Source: Leucoraja ocellata
Lineage: Eukaryota
Reading direction: 5' to 3'
NCBI GenBank assembly: GCA_036785375.1
Contig: JAWMAR010000201.1
Coordinates: 1,364,001-1,428,000, forward strand
DNA length: 64,000 nucleotides
Shown: positions 62,940-64,000 of the stretch, piece after piece
Numbering within the stretch: position 1 is the first letter of the stretch
Layout: each line of letters starts with the position of its first letter
The notes under the pieces: model-generated
What the model was told of the DNA's origin: nothing
Databases searched by the model: none
The model's input: the letters and a program-made list of their open reading frames with translations, nothing else
Made by a program: the position numbers and the translations under genes

Positions 62940-63455
62940 TTTTTCACAAATAGCTGTAAGAGGATCGGGCCGACTCAGCATGGATATGCGAAAGGGAAAT
63001 CCTGCTTGACTAATCTTTTGGAATTTTTTGAGGATGTAACTAGGAAAATGGACAAGGGAGAGCCAGTGGATGTGGTGTTCCTGGACTTCCACAAAGCCTT
63101 TGATTAGGTCCCGCGTAGGAGATTCGTGGGCAAAATTAGAGCACATGGTTTTGGGCGTAGTGTACTGACATGGGTAGACAATTACTTGGCAGACAGGAAA
63201 AAAAGAGTGGGAATTAATGGAACCCTTTCAGAATGGCAGGCAGTGACTAGTGGGATACCGCAAGGGTCTATGCTGCGACCGCAGTTATTTACAATATACA
63301 TTAATGATTTAGGTGAATGCATTAAAAGTAACATTAGCACATTTGGAGACGACACAACGCTGGGAGGGAGTTTGAAACCTGAGCAGGATACTATGAGGAT
63401 GCAGAGTGGCTTGGACAGGTTGGGTGAGTGGGCAGATGCATGGCACATGCAGTTT
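62940..63455 (+). mobile_element. CR1 LINE RT fragment
   Basis: QHG..KGKSCLTNLLEFFEDVT, FLDFHKAFD, SGIPQGSML, FGDDTTLGG. Confidence 0.9.
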
Positions 63456-63659
63456 GTAGATCAGCCAATAAAAAGAACAAGCAAGAGGTGCGTATTTGTA
63501 TCAACCCTTGATACCTAAATACTGCGTTAAAGAGACTGCACAGCCTCATGCATACCGAAGAAGAAATGACTGCGCACGTGGGCAAGGCTACTGTGTTCTC
63601 TCTTTTGGATGCCAATAGCTCGTATCTGCACGTAAGTAAAACCACAGTTTATTGGCACT

Positions 63660-64000
63660 GAACCCGGTGTAGAAAGACCTGAACGCGAGACCAAGGCAGA
63701 GCAAGGACGTCTGTAGGAGGAAGCTTGATCGGAAATTTTAGCAAAACAACGTGGGGGAATGTTATGGCCACACGTGTTGCTAGGGCTACACTTCTGGCTT
63801 TAAACTAAATAGTGGGGGGGGGGGGAGTGACAACTTGGGAGTATAAAAATTGAGTTGAAGGGGGAGTGGATACAGGAAAAAGTTACAAAAGATTTTCGAA
63901 TTAATGGGAAGGAAAGCTTGAGAAAGGACAACAGAGTAAGGTCAGGGCCAATTGCGAGGGGGAAGTGACTACGGAGGTCAAAGTACTCTATATGAATGCG
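63660..64000 (+). mobile_element. Probable CR1 ORF1 end / ORF2 start, continuing beyond the window
   Basis: Ends in KVLYMNA, resembling the CR1 APE N-terminus (LYxNARS). Confidence 0.5.

Noticed and set aside
1-64000. Prokaryotic systems (CRISPR arrays, operons, phage defence) and naming the gene as a butyrophilin/BG or CD23 orthologue
   Set aside because: Sequence is vertebrate intronic DNA with no repeat-spacer array. No Ig, TM, B30.2 or lectin exon was found in the window, so family assignment stays a hypothesis.

Overview
This is eukaryotic, repeat-rich vertebrate DNA. The CR1 LINE tails ending (TTTCTATG)n, the tRNA-SINEs and the Penelope-like fragments suggest a cartilaginous fish such as a skate or ray (inference). 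The recognisable long ORFs in the supplied track are retroelement or transposon remnants (CR1, L2, Rex1/Babar, DIRS, Penelope-like, Tc1) or N-gap artefacts; a Harbinger-type MITE and a Helitron end are also present. The main signal is invisible to the ORF track. About 30 tiny + strand exons lie across the whole window (2360-62583). Almost all are exactly 27 or 36 nt (two are 15 nt), all are symmetric phase 1-1, and each has an AG acceptor and a GT donor (one GC). They splice into a stop-free, E/K/L-rich peptide of about 300 aa. A 36+27 nt pair equals 21 aa, or three heptads in continuous coiled-coil register. The window therefore appears to be the interior of a large gene whose coiled-coil rod is built from a microexon array. 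No start, stop or globular-domain exon is visible, so the gene is not named. Repeat boundaries were read by eye and are approximate; exon coordinates were counted base by base.
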